Shown here one piece after another: positions 63,573 to 64,000 of a stretch of 64,000 bases of DNA (positions are counted from its first letter, which is position 1; each line of letters starts with the position of its first letter). The stretch comes from Eledone cirrhosa (Eukaryota). The DNA lies in NCBI GenBank assembly GCA_964016885.1, contig OZ024749.1, positions 310,001-374,000 on the forward strand, in the 5' to 3' direction. The notes beneath the pieces were generated by a model that worked only from the letters and a program-made list of their open reading frames with translations, had not been told where the DNA came from and searched no databases. Position numbers and translations under genes: made by a program.

Positions 63573-64000
63573 TTTTTATATATGGCTCGAACTTCAGCCT
63601 GACACTGCTTTGACTGATACACTCCCTTCCCTCTATATATCACTTGCATGTATGTGGTTGCACGTGTGTGTTTATATGCGTGCTTTCATACTTGTATGTG
63701 TATATATTTCAATCCTTAGTACCTGAGTCGGGATGTACATTAACTCTATTATCTTACAATTTCTTTTCAACATATATTATATCTGTATTTGTGGTCACAC
63801 ATACACTGCTATGCTTGCCCTCATGTATGTACTTACGCACACATTTTTTTACTCTACACATGCATTTGTACATACACACATATGTACATTTGTGAGTGAA
63901 TATACACACATTTATACACATACCCTAACTATATTTCCTTATTTTATTTTTATATATCTCTTGCATTACTTTTATTTATATATTTTTTTGCCCGTTAAAC

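Overview
AT-rich eukaryotic (animal) genomic DNA, made up almost entirely of transposable elements and microsatellites. The repeat content resembles a coleoid cephalopod/octopus genome (inference): RTE LINEs with (GAT)n tails, CORE- and Nin-type tRNA SINEs, and long (TA)n tracts. The host component is four small + strand exons (17487-17563, 33863-34022, 35519-35590, 46735-46801) that splice in frame into a VPS9-domain (Rab5-family GEF, ANKRD27/VARP-like) peptide, so much of the window is intron. Mobile elements: about 20 RTE-clade LINE copies from at least four families, two near full length with a PHD-like finger inside the RT; several Penelope-like retroelements (PLEs), including a young copy with an unbroken 718-aa RT+GIY-YIG ORF and a 1.1-kb inverted repeat, two Naiad-type copies and one Neptune-type 3' end; two decayed Helitrons; piggyBac and Tc1/mariner remnants or MITEs; CR1-like and CRE fragments; and minisatellites. 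By eye I found about 15 hammerhead-ribozyme (HHR) motifs tied to PLE ends. The most interesting carry a 77-nt branched insert in stem II that covaries between two families, a U-U pair at the base of stem II, or a CAGAAGA core. All three copies of one RTE-like family carry 5' inversions. All calls come from manual reading, element boundaries are approximate, and nothing was computed or searched.
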